A DNA stretch of 64,000 bases from Eledone cirrhosa (taxonomy: Eukaryota), in the NCBI GenBank assembly GCA_964016885.1, contig OZ024749.1, positions 39,680,001-39,744,000 on the forward strand, in the 5' to 3' direction. A program made the position numbers and the translations under genes. The notes beneath the pieces were generated by a model, which saw nothing but the letters and a program-made list of their open reading frames with translations, was not told where the DNA came from and ran no database searches. This document shows positions 32,308 to 47,077 of the stretch, one piece after another; positions within the stretch are counted from its first letter, which is position 1; each line of letters opens with the position of its first letter.

Positions 32308-32378
32308 TATTTTATTATGCGCATTTCAAAAACAAATATCATCATGAGATGATATCTGCGTTTTCATCAGATAAAATA
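32308..32378 (-). ncRNA. Intact type I hammerhead ribozyme with long stem II
   Basis: tattttat CTGATGA aaacgcagatatcatc-tcat-gatgatatttgttttt GAAA t-gcgc-a TA ataaaata: perfect 8-bp stem I and palindromic loop 3. Confidence 0.88.
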
Positions 32379-32512
32379 GGGATACATGATATGAAGGTTA
32401 AAAAACACTTGTGAATAGTATTATATTATTTATACTCCAGTCCTACAAACTGTAGAGTGCTACTTATCCGATATTTGCATTGCTTTATTGTACTACAATA
32501 AAACTCACCTCC

Positions 32513-32551
<39 letters not shown>

Positions 32552-32731
32552 TGGTATGTATATTAAATTTGATAGTTTGTATAATTTTGTATAATTTTGT
32601 ACATAGATCTGTTAAATATGCATGCCAATTCTAACACATATATGTCCTAGAAACGATCGTTAAATAATGAACTTTTTTTGTTTAATATAAGGAACTGTTT
32701 CATTGTTTTATTCATTATTTTTTTAATATTT

Positions 32732-32764
<33 letters not shown>

Positions 32765-32774
32765 ATACATAATG

Positions 32775-32832
<58 letters not shown>

Positions 32833-33802
32833 TGTGTGTGTGTGTGTATTTAAGTATGTATATATATTTATAATATCGAAAAGAAAATGCAACGACAAAA
32901 ACAAAAACAACAATAACAACCACAAGAAGTAGCTATATTGATACAGTTTACAAAGAACTAAAATGTAACGAAAGATACTTAATCTTGGAAGAAGCTGCAA
33001 GTAGACTAAAAAAAATCTTGTACATGAATACAACCGAGTTAAGTCAGTTTATTACTAATGTCTTGGCGTCTACTTAAGTTGATTCAGACGTAAGTACGTA
33101 AGTCTGGCCAAGCTAGCTTTGTAGAGTGCATTAAGTATTAGACGTGATGATACTTTCATGTGAGTACGTCATAGCTAGACTTTTGTTAAACATCGGCTGA
33201 AGAAGCGTGTAATCGCTGAAACATCGAGATCTCGTGGGAGGTTTCTATGGGTGGTCTAGTTGTTCGATCTTCGATCTACTGTATATGAACAACCCGAATT
33301 ATAACGATCCCCAGAAGACAGCTGATCATCTGGAATTGTTCATGCGATTGACTCTTCCAAGTTTTCTGTTTCCTGCACATTTGTCCCATGTGTCTTATAT
33401 ATATATATATATATGAGAGTATTGAAGTTTGCTTGAAGCATTGTGGAACAATAAGTAAATATCTTTAAGTCGTTTGGAAGCCTCGACAATGCAAATGGGT
33501 AAATCTCCGGGTAACAAGGTCCGGTGGTGGAGAGAGAGATGTAAGTGGGTGTACGTTGAGATGCGTGGTGTGTATAAGATGTGTGAGATGTGTAGAATGG
33601 AGGGAAGAGTGTAAAGGATAAAAATAAAAATAACAACACAAGAGAGAGTTACCTTGGGAGAGATTTAATAGTCCCTATATATTTCGGATTCACATCCATC
33701 AACTGGGGTTTTTTTCCGGGGTGGGGGAAAAGGTTGTCTGTCGGACAAGTCCGGAAGGCGTCTTTCGCTGTTTGCTGATTTATATATATATATATATATA
33801 TA

Positions 33803-33968
33803 TATTGGCAGTATCGGTAGAACGTCAGATACCATGATTTTCAGCATAGAGTTATGGCCATTTACGTTCTGAGTTCAAATCCTGCCCAACTTAACTTGGT
33901 CGATAAAATAAAGTACCAATAATGCACCGGGGTAATTGGTGGCCTTGTGCCAAACGTAGAAAGCATTA
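33803..33968 (+). mobile_element. SINE family S1 with internal deletion
   Basis: TTGGCAGTATCGGTAGA...CTGAGTTCAAATCC...GTCGATAAAATAAAGTACC...GGCCTTGTGCC. Confidence 0.85.
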
Positions 33969-34284
33969 TTATATGCCAAAACCCCTTTTAGTAGGTGACA
34001 AATGTCAGAGTATTGATGTATAGAGAAGTTGTATTAACACAGGGGTATTAAGAGTGACAATTATATCACTATATAGCTACTACATAAAATAATTAGCTAC
34101 ACTAAAAACATTTGTCTCATTTATAATTAATTCATTAATACTTCTGCCTGCCTGCAGTCCTACTTTTGTTGTTTGTATATATCATATACATATAATACAC
34201 ACACACAGACATATATATATATATATATATGCACACACACACATATATATATATACATACATATATATATATACATACATACAC

Positions 34285-34359
<75 letters not shown>

Positions 34360-34607
34360 TATACATACATACACACATATATACATACATACACACACCT
34401 ATATATATGTATATATATGTACATTTATGTAGAAGCCGGCATACACACGCACACACACACATATACACAATACAGAACACACATATTTATATTTATATAT
34501 TTATTGTCATTAAATTTATTTCTCATTGCAGGCGAATTGCCATTATTTTTTATGAGAGAGTCAGTGGGAAAGACAGAGAGACAGAGAAAGAGTGGGAGAG
34601 AGTGGGG

Positions 34608-34668
<61 letters not shown>

Positions 34669-35450
34669 AGAGGCAGAGAGACAGAGAGTGTGAGACAGAC
34701 AGAGGGAGGGAGAGAGAGAGAGAGAGAAAGTCAATGAGAAAGTATATGAGAGAGAGAACGAAAGAGAGTGAGACAGACAGAGGGAGAGAGAGAGAGAGGG
34801 GGACATAATTGGAAGGTGTTGAAGTAATAAAACAAAATGGCGAAGGACATTGGTACCATGTTCAAGGTTATTAGCAGAAATGGTTAAGATAATTAGTTGG
34901 AAAATCCAAGAATCGAAACCGGCATTCTAGCCTTAACCGATAAATCTAGAATAAAGCAGTGGTATACCAGAGTTGTTAGGATGTGGATTAAACATACCAC
35001 GGTGTTTGATTCGGTTCCTTTTGCTTTTCATCCTTTCGAGGTCGATCAATAAAGTACAAGTCCTGTACTAGGGTCGATTATTCCACTCGCTCATGTTTTC
35101 TGGAATACATCGACAGTGTTTCGACCTGGAAGGGATGGGCTTCCCCAAGTTTAAAAATGTCTAAGACACACCATTTCTCTGGATAAACAGATAGATAACT
35201 AAGAACAGTAGCTGATCTACTTGTCAACATTGTGAGAGAGAAAAAAGCCTTGTCAAGTTTAGCTCAAAATGGTTGTCATTTGACACTTCTTGACGCACAG
35301 TCAGCCATTGTCTTACTGCGGACTTCTAAATATGAACCCCATTTCGCTTACATAAAACTAGGACTTGTGTGTGTGTGTGTGTGTGTGTTTGTGCGTGTGT
35401 GTGTGTGTATGTGTGGTGTGTGTGTGTGTGGTTCAGTCGGGGGGGGGGGG

Positions 35451-35551
35451 GGTAACCACAGTAAGTAGATAGCAGAATATAAATATTTAATATAGAAATG
35501 GCTTCTACAGGAAACAGTTCTAGTCCTGTAGAAGCCATTTCTATATTAAAT
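35451..35551. mobile_element. Family A fragment, palindromic
   Basis: TTTAATATAGAAATGGCTTCTACAGGA / TCCTGTAGAAGCCATTTCTATATTAAA; contains the HHR 3' half GAAACAG..CTGTAGAAGC. Confidence 0.75.
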
Positions 35552-35584
35552 ATATATATATATATATATATATATAATAGTGAA

Positions 35585-35700
35585 GGCGTGTGGCTGAGTG
35601 GTTAGAGAATTGGATTCACAATCTTGAGGTTGTGAGTTCGATTCCTGGACCAGGCGATGCGTTATGTCCTTGAGCAAGACACTTTATTTCACGTTGCTCC
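35585..35700 (+). mobile_element. tRNA-derived SINE 5' part (related to 418-723)
   Basis: GGCGTGTGGCTGAGTGGTTAGA...GAGTTCGATTCC...TGTCCTTGAGCAAGACACTTTATTTCAC. Confidence 0.75.
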
Positions 35701-35874
35701 TTCTACCTGGAGTTGCGACCGATAGATAGTATTAGCAATTGGAAAGACCAACGGAAACATTGTTTCCTCGGTCCGATTTGACGAAAGTCGATCGAGTAAA
35801 AATATATATAATGACAAATTAAACTCATAAGACATAAATCGACGCGCGTCTATAGGAAAATACGCTTTTTCAAT

Positions 35875-35957
35875 CAGCCGTGCAGTGGAATCGAACCGTG
35901 AGTGATATGATAGCGAAACAAGCCACACGTTCGTTATCCACTCGGCTGCCGCCATAT
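35875..35957 (-). mobile_element. Degenerate tRNA-like SINE head
   Basis: Minus strand GGCGGCAGCCGAGTGGATAA...GGTTCGATTCC. Confidence 0.45.
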
Positions 35958-36096
35958 AAGAAGTTCACGGGGAGGTCAAGTGTAATTTCACTTCCTTGCT
36001 AGAAACTGGGAAAATGCTGACTTGACAGAATTGTAATCATTTAATGAAAATATATCACGGAATTTGAAATTGTATATGACATGTATGTAATGTATG

Positions 36097-36131
<35 letters not shown>

Positions 36132-36821
36132 GTATGTATTTATATATTTATATATATATATATACATAATACATTATACACACATATAATATATAAATAT
36201 ATATATATGTATATATTTATATACACATGTATTAATATAGTTATAACCAAGACTATGCCGATGTTATCGTGTACTTACAAATTTATGTTTGTATATATAT
36301 ATATATGCATGTGTATGTGTATATATATATATATATATATATGCATGTGTATGTATATATATATATATATATATATGCATGTGTATGTATATATATATAT
36401 ATATATATTTATATGCATGTGTATGTGTATGATATTACATCTAGACACACACAGAGACAAACAGACACGCACACACATTTACATACATTCACATACAATA
36501 TACATACACATACTTTGTATGTAGACGCATACATAGATGTATACACGCATACATACTCACAAACACTCACATATACACACACGTCTGAACGTGGAGTGGA
36601 AACTTGTAAACATGGATCATATTAACATACTCTTATCTGATTAAAGTCTGTGCACATATATGAGTAGTGCATGTGTGTGTGTATGTGTGTATGTGTGTAT
36701 GTGTGTATGCGTATGTGTGCCAGTGAGTATGTGCATACGTATATATATATATATTAATATATTAATATATATATTTATACATATATATATATATATATAT
36801 ATATTAATATATTAATATATA

Positions 36822-36857
<36 letters not shown>

Positions 36858-36877
36858 TACACACATATATATATATA

Positions 36878-37413
36878 TGGTGGCTGCCAACTCGTTTTCG
36901 AGTACGGCCACTACTTTATATCCATGCGCTGAACGAGTGTGACTTTTTAGTCCAGCTAGTGACTTGAAAACTCTGTTACAAACACTACACTTGTGACAAT
37001 TATTGACACATAGTGCTGGGCCCATGGCACCATGTGACGACAAGTGCAGAGAGATCTCCAGATATAAAGCAATGCCTGTGCCGTGAAGCTTTTATAGTGA
37101 GCAAAGGCACTGCACAAAGCCAGTCCCACTCTCTTAACCAAGATGATATTTACCAAAAAGAAGAACAAGTCAACATCATTGGATACCATCAGGGTTGCAG
37201 GTGTTATATCAAAGTTTTCTTTCTCCTAGAATTCTGCCTTGACAAAGGCTAAGGGGTCATCTCTCCCGGTGATTTTGGATGGCCATTGACTCTTAAGAGC
37301 TCCTTTGCCCTTTGACAGGTTTTGTGTTTAGTCCTGCAGGATGTCCAAAGTCACCCTCCTCACCAAGAAACCTTAGTGGGGTTGCCAGTTTAGTCGCCAA
37401 CGACCCGACCATC
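36878..37413 (-). mobile_element. Non-autonomous RTE-like element, copy 2
   Basis: Reverse complement of about 10522-11078. Confidence 0.8.
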
Positions 37414-37480
37414 AGACACACAGACATACATACACACACACACACACATATATACACACATGTATATATATATATGTATA

Positions 37481-37630
37481 TAGGAAAAGAGTCAGGACCC
37501 CGACGGCTGAGCTCCGGCCGTTTCGACAGCTCGATCCGACTCTTTTCCTATTACCCACTCTACTACCCTAAGTATCGAGTACTCTGGTGCGTTATAGTCT
37601 CCCTGGTCTCTTACCAGACTTTCTTTGCTA
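37481..37630 (+). mobile_element. Family B element (diverged)
   Basis: TAGGAAAAGAGTC/GACTCTTTTCCTA arms plus the family tail. Confidence 0.75.
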
Positions 37631-37699
37631 TATATGTATATATGTATAATATGTATATATATATATATTTTTTATTTTATATTTTTTATCTTTATTTGT

Positions 37700-37897
37700 T
37701 ATTTTTTCATTCGCACCGTTTCCTTTCGCTATATGTCTCTCCTACACATCTTTTAAACTCTGTTCCCACACACTTCTCACCTGAGGAAGGGCTTATGCCC
37801 GAAACGTCGTCCCCACCTACCCCCCACTCTCCTGAGCGTGAAATTAATAAACATTTATTGTACTGCCTCTCTGTTTTGTCCCTGTTCAAATTTTTCC

Positions 37898-37900
<3 letters not shown>
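37700..37900 (+). mobile_element. Family D element with minimal HHR-like core (37778-37810)
   Basis: CTGAGGA-a-gggc-ttat-gccc-GAAA-CGTC, then AATAAA; second copy at 49075-49290 on the minus strand. Confidence 0.7.
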
Positions 37901-37980
<80 letters not shown>

Positions 37981-38329
37981 ATATATATATGTGTGTATAT
38001 ATATGTATGGTCCCGTAACTCCTGACATACGACGTTTCTTGGGCATTTTAAAACCTAGCGGAGCCCATCCCTCTCCAGGCCTGAGTACAGCAGCAGATTT
38101 CTTCCAGAGAGAAGAAGAATGTTACATGATGTTACAAGATGAAAGACAAAGTTGACCCATGTATGTATGTATAAATAGATATAAATGTATATGACAACAC
38201 ATCAAGTGATTATTATGCAACCATTTTGATGTCTTCGAAATATGCATGGACGATGTAATAAACGGAGGATGTATACATGATAATGTCTCTTTTGTTTTGT
38301 TTTATTATTATTATATATATATATATATA

Positions 38330-38441
38330 AGTTGATCCCGGGTTAAATCGGGGGTAACCACAGTAAGTAAGATACCCATTCGGGAGAAATCATCAGTGCT
38401 TCCTGATGATTTCTCCCGAATGAATCAGTTCTAGTCCTGTA
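38330..38441. mobile_element. Family A element with inverted HHR copy
   Basis: gcttc CTGATGA tttctcccgaat GAAT cag..ctg TA (38398-38441) next to an inverted CATTCGGGAGAAATCATCAG and the family tail. Confidence 0.75.
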
Positions 38442-38908
38442 TGTATACAATATTCTTGTACCAAACGCTACGCCTACAGATAGACAATGGAAAGACCAAT
38501 AGAAAACAAATTCATTGGTCTGATTTTACGATCGGAACTTTTCCTGTCCTTATGAAGTTGAAACAACAAAAACCATCGTTTAACATGAAACACGTGGGTG
38601 ACACTTGTATGTCTAGGTTCTTTCTGTTAGGGTAATATTCTTTGGACCGTGTGTGTCTCTTATAAAGAATATAAATCATGTTCAATATATTTTTTTTATT
38701 ACTACGTAAATTTTATTACTTGAAATTTGAAAAATGTATTTTATAAACTTTATTAATTTTCTTTTAGACAATTTTTAATATATTTTCTCTATTCCTTTCA
38801 ATAGGTTTGTATGTATGTATGTATGTATGTATGTATGTATGTATGTATGTATGTATGTATGTATGTATGTATGTATGTATACATACAGATAATATATATA
38901 TATATATA

Positions 38909-38954
<46 letters not shown>

Positions 38955-39015
38955 TATATATATTTATATATATATTTATATATATATATTAGATATATAT
39001 ATTTATATATATATG

Positions 39016-39052
<37 letters not shown>

Positions 39053-39053
39053 A

Positions 39054-39130
<77 letters not shown>

Positions 39131-39578
39131 ATTATATACTTCTATGAACTCACGTATGAATACATTTCTTTACATATATAACACAGTGCATTAGAGATCC
39201 AGTTGTATGTATGCCAACTCATTTATTCACATCTCACCCTCCCCTCCATCTTTTCCTCTCATAATTCCTGCTTTTTTGTACTCTCTACCCCTCCCCCCAC
39301 CTTCTTTAATCTATCTACCTCTCTTTATATCCCTGTCTTGCCCCTCACACTATATTCCGCTCTCTATCTACTTCTCTCTATCTCACCCCTCTGTCTATCA
39401 CTCGTCATTTCTCTCTCCCCCTCTCTGTTAATATATATGTATTCTATATCACCTTTCAGTATTCACCTCCCACTACCACCCACACCTCCTCCAACCACCG
39501 TCTTCCTTTATAGTCTTTAGTTATCGCTAGTTCTTTCTGCAGCATTCACTTTCATACCCACACTAATACAGCCACACA

Positions 39579-39662
<84 letters not shown>

Positions 39663-39718
39663 TATCTATCTATATATATATTTATAAATATATATATATG
39701 TTTATATATATATATATA

Positions 39719-39749
<31 letters not shown>

Positions 39750-39776
39750 TTATAAATATATATATATATATATATT

Positions 39777-40036
<260 letters not shown>

Positions 40037-40206
40037 AATGTGTTTATGAATGAATTAATTTCATTATCTACCTTGCGTCTTTTTAAAGTGTCGTCGTGTG
40101 TGAACATAGGGTATACATACATACATACGTACATACATATACATACATACATATACATACATACATACATATATATACATACATACATAAATATACACAT
40201 ACATAC

Positions 40207-40237
<31 letters not shown>

Positions 40238-40250
40238 CATACATACGTAC

Positions 40251-40281
<31 letters not shown>

Positions 40282-40295
40282 CATACATACATACA

Positions 40296-40327
<32 letters not shown>

Positions 40328-40381
40328 CATACATACATACGTACATATATATACATACATACATATATATACATACATACA

Positions 40382-40413
<32 letters not shown>

Positions 40414-40694
40414 CATACATACATACATACATACATACATACATACATACATACATACACATACATATACATACACATACATACATACATACATACATAC
40501 ACATATTTATGGATACAATCATAGATCGATGCAGGGATATAAAGTTTCTAGGAGCACATACATACACACATACATACACACGCATCCACACACATATACA
40601 CATATATACACATACACACAGATTATAGAAATATACATATATACGAAAATCTTCATTTCTTTATATCTCTACAGTTCTCACTTTCTCACTCTGT

Positions 40695-40741
<47 letters not shown>

Positions 40742-41013
40742 TTCCATTACTCTTTTTTCTTTCTCTATAACCCCTGTCTCTGCTATAAAGTAAAATTCTG
40801 CAAGCGCTGAAGCATGTACAGATGATTGCTATCTAGACAACAACAACAACAACAACAACAACAGCAACAACAACAACAACAACAACCACGACAAAAACAA
40901 CAACAACAACCATCACCTCCACCACAACAACAAAAACAGCAACAACAACAACCATCACATCCACCACAACAACAAAAACAACAACAACCACCACCACCAC
41001 CACCACCACCACA

Positions 41014-41044
<31 letters not shown>

Positions 41045-41145
41045 CATCACCTCCACCACAACAACAAAAACAACAACAACAACAACAACCATCACATCCA
41101 CGACAACAACAAAAACAACCACCACCACCACCACCACCAACCACA

Positions 41146-41193
<48 letters not shown>

Positions 41194-41429
41194 CCACAAC
41201 TACAACAACGAGGCAATGAAATAATGGAAATAAGAAACAAACCAAAACAACAACAATAAACTAATACAATCACGTACTAATACAATACAAAGCAATACAA
41301 AACAATACAAACAAATGAAAGAAAGAACCTAGTAAATATATTGGAGTAAAGCTAGACCAGGATAAGATGAAGAGGTTAGTGTGTCATTGGTAGAGATGGG
41401 GGAAATGTGAGGTAGATTGTATAGAGGTG

Positions 41430-42270
41430 TGTGCTGGGGGCTAGATCGATATGTAGTGGTGCCAGATCGATATGTGTTACAAGAGCAATGTGTGTGTGGT
41501 GTCTGGTCAATGTGTCGTGGCAGATCGATGTGTGGTGCTAGATCGATGTGTGTGGTGACAGATCGATATGTGGAGTGCCAGATCTATGTATGTGAAGGTA
41601 GATAGATGTGTGGTGCCAGATCGATGCGTGTAGAGCTAGATCGATGTGTATTGTGCCAGATCGACGTGCTTGAGGCTAGGTCAATGTGTGGTGACAGGTC
41701 GATATGTGTGGTACCAGATCGATATATATGAGGTTGGATCGATATGTGAGGTGACTAGATCAATCTGTGTTGCTAGATTGAAGTGTGTGGTACTAGATCA
41801 AAGTGTGTTGCTAGATCGAAGTGTGTTGCTAGATCAAAGTGTGGTACTAGATCGAAGTGTGTTGCTAGATCGACGTGTGGCACTAGATCGAAGTGTTGTG
41901 ATAGATCAAAGTGTGGTGCTAGATCGAAGTGTGGTACTAGATCAAAGTGTGTTGCTAGATCGAAGTGTGGCACTAGATCGAAGTGTGTTGCTAGATCGAA
42001 GTGTGGCACTAGATCGAAGTGTGGTACTAGATCAAAGTGTGGCACTAGATCGAAGTGTGGTACTAGATCGAAGTGTGGCACTAGATCGAAGTGTGGTACT
42101 AGATTGAAGTGTGGCACTAGATCGAAATGTGGTACTAGATCGAAGTGTGGCACTAGATCGAAGTGTGGTACTAGATTGAAGTGTGGCACTAGATCGAAGT
42201 GTGGCACTAGATCGAAGTGTGGCACTAGATCGAAGTGTGGTACTAGATCAATGTGTTATGCTAGATCGAT
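41430..42270. repeat. 18-bp minisatellite CTAGATCGAAGTGTGG(C/T)A with degenerate 5' units
   Basis: Homogeneous from about 41790 to 42250, degenerate 18-20-bp units upstream. Confidence 0.93.
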
Positions 42271-42609
42271 AAAGATATATTAATTGATAACTATATTCAC
42301 ACCGCCATTATGAAAAATGTCCCATTTTTACTTTCACTATCGTTTTACATAATTTCTTTTACATATTCTTGTTGTTGCTATTGTTGTTGTTGTCGTCGTC
42401 GCTATCATCGTCGTTGTTGTTGTCATCGTCGTCGTTGTTGTTGTTGTTATCTTTGCCGTAGTCATCATCGACGTTGTTGTCGTTGTCGTCATCTTTCTTC
42501 TCAAGCCATTATTTTCGTTTATCTCTTATCTCCCTTTCTTTTCTTTCTTCTTTCATGTTATCTCCCAACCTTTCTATTTTCTTCTAGTTTTAACCCCTAT
42601 TTCTCACTC

Positions 42610-42875
42610 ACCCTCTCTCCCTCTCTCTGTCTGTCTCTCTCGTTCTCTCCCTCTCTCTGCCTGTCTGTCTGTTTCCCTCTACCCCCCTCTCTCTATTTCT
42701 TACTCTATCATTCCCTCTGTCTCATCTCCTCTCGCCCCCTCTCCTTATATCTTACGTGTTCTGTCATTCCCTTTGTCTTTCATAATTTCTCACCCTCTCT
42801 TTTACTTCCTCTATCTCTCTTTCTTTTTCCTCTCAGACCTTTTTTGGTTTCTCTTGGCCACCTCATTTATCTTTA

Positions 42876-42908
<33 letters not shown>

Positions 42909-43192
42909 GCACGCACACACACTCTCTCTCTCTCTCTCTTTCTCTCTCCCTCCCTCTCTCTGTCTGTCTCTCTCGTTCTCTCCCTCTCTCTGCCTGTCTG
43001 TCTGTTTCTCTCTATTTCTTACTCTATCATTCCCTCTGTCTCATCTCCTCTCGCCCCCTCTCCTTATATCTTACGTGTTCTGTCATTCCCTTTGTCTTTC
43101 ATAATTTCTCACCCTCTCTTTTACTTCCTCTATCTCTCTTTCTTTTTCTTCTCAGACCTTTTTTGGTTTCTCTTGGCCACCTCATTTATCTT

Positions 43193-43229
<37 letters not shown>

Positions 43230-43242
43230 GCACGCACACACA

Positions 43243-43270
<28 letters not shown>
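42610..43270. repeat. Tandem duplication of about 330 bp (CT-rich)
   Basis: TCTTACGTGTTCTGTCATTCCC...CTTGGCCACCTCATTTATC occurs twice. Confidence 0.9.
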
Positions 43271-43275
<5 letters not shown>

Positions 43276-43318
43276 GCACACACACACACACACACACACA
43301 CTCTCTCTCTCACACACA

Positions 43319-43355
<37 letters not shown>

Positions 43356-43944
43356 ACACACACACACACTCTCTCCCTCTCTCTCTGTTTATGTATTTCT
43401 CACATTCTATCTTTCTCCTCGTCTGTCTACTGTTTCGTTGTGTCTTTCTTTCCCACTCTCTCATTCTCCCTGTCTCTCTAATTCTCCACATCTTTTGTCC
43501 CTCTCTCTTTCTTCCCATCTCCCCCACTCTCGTCTTCGTTCTATACCTGCCTTTCTTATTACTCTCTCTTTATTCCCCTCTCTCACTCCCTGTCTTTATC
43601 CTTCACTGTATTCATCACTAACTCACTCCCACTACTACCTTTTCTCAGGCTATATTTCCACCTTAATTTACTTTTTCTTTGTTTTCTTTTCTTTGTTTAC
43701 CTGTTGTTGATTAATCAATTAACTGCTTAATCAACTTATTTATTTGTTTATCATTATCTACGATCTTAGCGATTCACGACATATCTAAGGCTTTACTGCC
43801 ATACATTCTACATTCCAGTTTGTGCTACTTAGACAACAATAGATTTACTGGCTTGTAATGTAGTTTCAGTGTAGCAATGATAGCCAACAACTATGGCAAC
43901 TCCACCAGTGTTCATCTTACCATAGTTAGTAAAAATGAACTAAC

Positions 43945-44540
43945 AAACCATCCAGCCAACCAATAAACCAACTAATCAACTAACCATCCAACCAGTCAAC
44001 CAACTAACCAACTAACCAACAAACCAGCCAACCAGACAACTACCCAGATAACAAACCTGCCAACCAGTAAACCAACCAACCAGCCAACCATCCAATCATC
44101 CAACCAGCCAACCATCCAACCATCCAACCATCAAACCAGCCAACCAGCCAACCAGCCAACCAGCCAACCAGTCAACCAGCCAACCAACCAACCAGCCAAG
44201 CAGCCAACCAGCCAACCAGGCAACCATCCAACCATCCAACCAGCCAACCAGGCAACCATCCAACCAGCCAACCATCCAACCAACCAACCAGCCAACCAGC
44301 CAACCAGCCAACCAACCAACCAACCAGCCAACCATCCAACCAGCCAACCAACCAACCAGCCAACCAGCCAACCAACCAGCCAAACAACCAACCAGCAACC
44401 AGCCAACCATCCAACCAGGCAACCATCCAACCATCCAACCAGGCAACCATCCAACCAACCAACCAGTCAACCAGCCAACCATCCAACCAGGCAACCAGCC
44501 AACCAGCCAACAAGCCAACCAGCCAACCAACCAACAAGGC
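43945..44540. repeat. Mixed tetranucleotide repeat (CCAA/CCAG/CCAT)n
   Basis: Directly visible. Confidence 0.93.
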
Positions 44541-44756
44541 ATCCAGTTTAGTAGTAAGTACATGATTCGTACTTAAGTTTGTCGATCACAATGTTATGAT
44601 AGGCAAAGTCAAATACAAGAGGATTTGAACTCATACAAATAATAAAGCTGTTTCAAACATAGACTCAAGGTTACAGGTTTCGGTGGAGATTATAGCCGAA
44701 TATATCGAATATATCGATCTCAGTATATGACTGGTATTTATTATCAATTAAATTGA

Positions 44757-45220
44757 TGGCGGTGGATTGGCAGAGTTACGGCCCTTTATTGTCTGAGTTC
44801 AAATACCGCCGAGGTTAACTTTGCCTTTCATCCTTACGGGGGTCGATCAAACCAAATACCAGTAATACACTGGGATAATTGCTGGCCTTGTGCCAAAAGT
44901 AGAAACAATTATCTATTAAATTGATAAAAGGGAGGACGAAAGGCGAAGTCGACCAGGGCGGAGTTCGAACTTGGATACAAGAAAAAAAGGGCGATTCTGG
45001 CATTCTTCGTTATTTATGAGCAATGAGGGCGGTAGATTGGCAGTCTCAATAGAGACTTGGACGCCATGCTTTGCAGCATAGAGTTACGTCCCTTTATGGT
45101 CTGAGTTCAAAATCTTGCTGAGGTTAACTTTGCCTTTCATCCTTACGGGGTTGATAAAACACAGTACCAGTAATGCACTGGGGGTAGTTGCTGGCCTTGC
45201 GCCAAAAATAGAAACAGTTA
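44757..45220 (+). mobile_element. Two SINE S1 copies (44757-44910, 45028-45220) with an inverted SINE fragment between them
   Basis: Homologous to 30667-30850. Confidence 0.85.
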
Positions 45221-45356
45221 TTTATGAGCAACATAAAGGTGTTTTGGTGTTAAAATAGATTGAGGGTTTCGGTAGAATGTGAGGAAATACCGTGTCAAGG
45301 TTGTAAAACAATTATGAGGTGAATGATGATGATTGTGATGATACTGATGCCGCCGC

Positions 45357-45387
<31 letters not shown>

Positions 45388-45471
45388 GATGATGATGGTG
45401 CGGATGTTGATGGGGATGGTGATGAAGATAGGGTGATGTTATTGATGAATAATGGTGACATTATTGATGTG

Positions 45472-45541
<70 letters not shown>

Positions 45542-45663
45542 AGCGATGATGTTATTGATTTTGATGATTAAGTTGACAATGATAATGATAAAGATGATGA
45601 TGAAGTTATGATAATGAGGATGGTGGTGGCGGCTATGTTGATGATGATGCTGAAAATGATGAC

Positions 45664-45711
<48 letters not shown>

Positions 45712-45868
45712 GAAGATGGTCGCTATGGCAGGTGCAAAATCAAGCTGTTGTGCAACTATCTAGAGTGGCTTATCCTCTCAAATCTATACAAATTGGTAGC
45801 ATAAGTACTAACAGGTCTGATAAATAAGGGGGATGCAATGCATACATACTAACACACCCACACACACA

Positions 45869-45928
<60 letters not shown>

Positions 45929-45932
<4 letters not shown>

Positions 45933-46123
45933 AAAAAGTATGACCCCGACGGCAGAGCTCAGGCCGTTTCGACGGCTATTTCTGGACTAGAAATAGCCGT
46001 CGAAACGGCTTGAACTCTGCCGTCGGGGTCATACTTTTTCCTATTTCCCACTCTACTACCCTAACTATTGAGTACTCTAGTGCGTTATGGTCCATCTGGT
46101 TCCTTACCACATTTCCTTTGCTT
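45929..46123 (+). mobile_element. Family B element
   Basis: About 55-bp inverted arms plus the family tail, inside (TA)n. Confidence 0.85.
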
Positions 46124-46224
46124 TATATATATATATATATCCAAATATATGCAAACATATATGTGCGCGTGTATATATATAAACATAAAAACACACATTA
46201 AAAAGTAAAACGTACACACACACG

Positions 46225-46340
<116 letters not shown>

Positions 46341-46761
46341 CATATATATATATATACATCCATACATAGAAGCATTTATAGACATATATCGACATATGTA
46401 TGTATATATATGTATATATGGATAAAAAATGTCATATATATATATATATATATATACAAACATATGTGTATATATTCATAACTTAATTAATTAAATAATT
46501 AATAAGTTAATTAATAGCACACAAGAAAATTATCCAATATCGATGTTATACTTTCTGTAACAACAACAACAACAACAGTAACAACAAGAGCAACAACGTA
46601 ACAATTGATTGTAGAAAGGGAACACGTGATGTGTTATCAAAACCAATCTAAATGTATTAAATTTTTATCAGCCATCCCATAGTTGCACCTTACACATCAC
46701 TGGGTTTATAAACGCACACATATGCACACATATATATATATGCATGTATAAACTTTATACA

Positions 46762-46871
<110 letters not shown>

Positions 46872-46972
46872 TAGATATATATATGTTTCTGTATAAAATA
46901 AATACACACGCATATATATGTATGTATGTATATATGCATGTGAATGTATAGGTCTATGAATATATATATGTT

Positions 46973-47077
<105 letters not shown>

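Noticed and set aside
35585-35660. Functional tRNA gene
   Set aside because: Acceptor stem is poor and the sequence continues into a SINE body.
40826-41224. PolyQ/P/N ORF
   Set aside because: (CAA)n/(CAC)n repeat with local duplication; no convincing splice signals.
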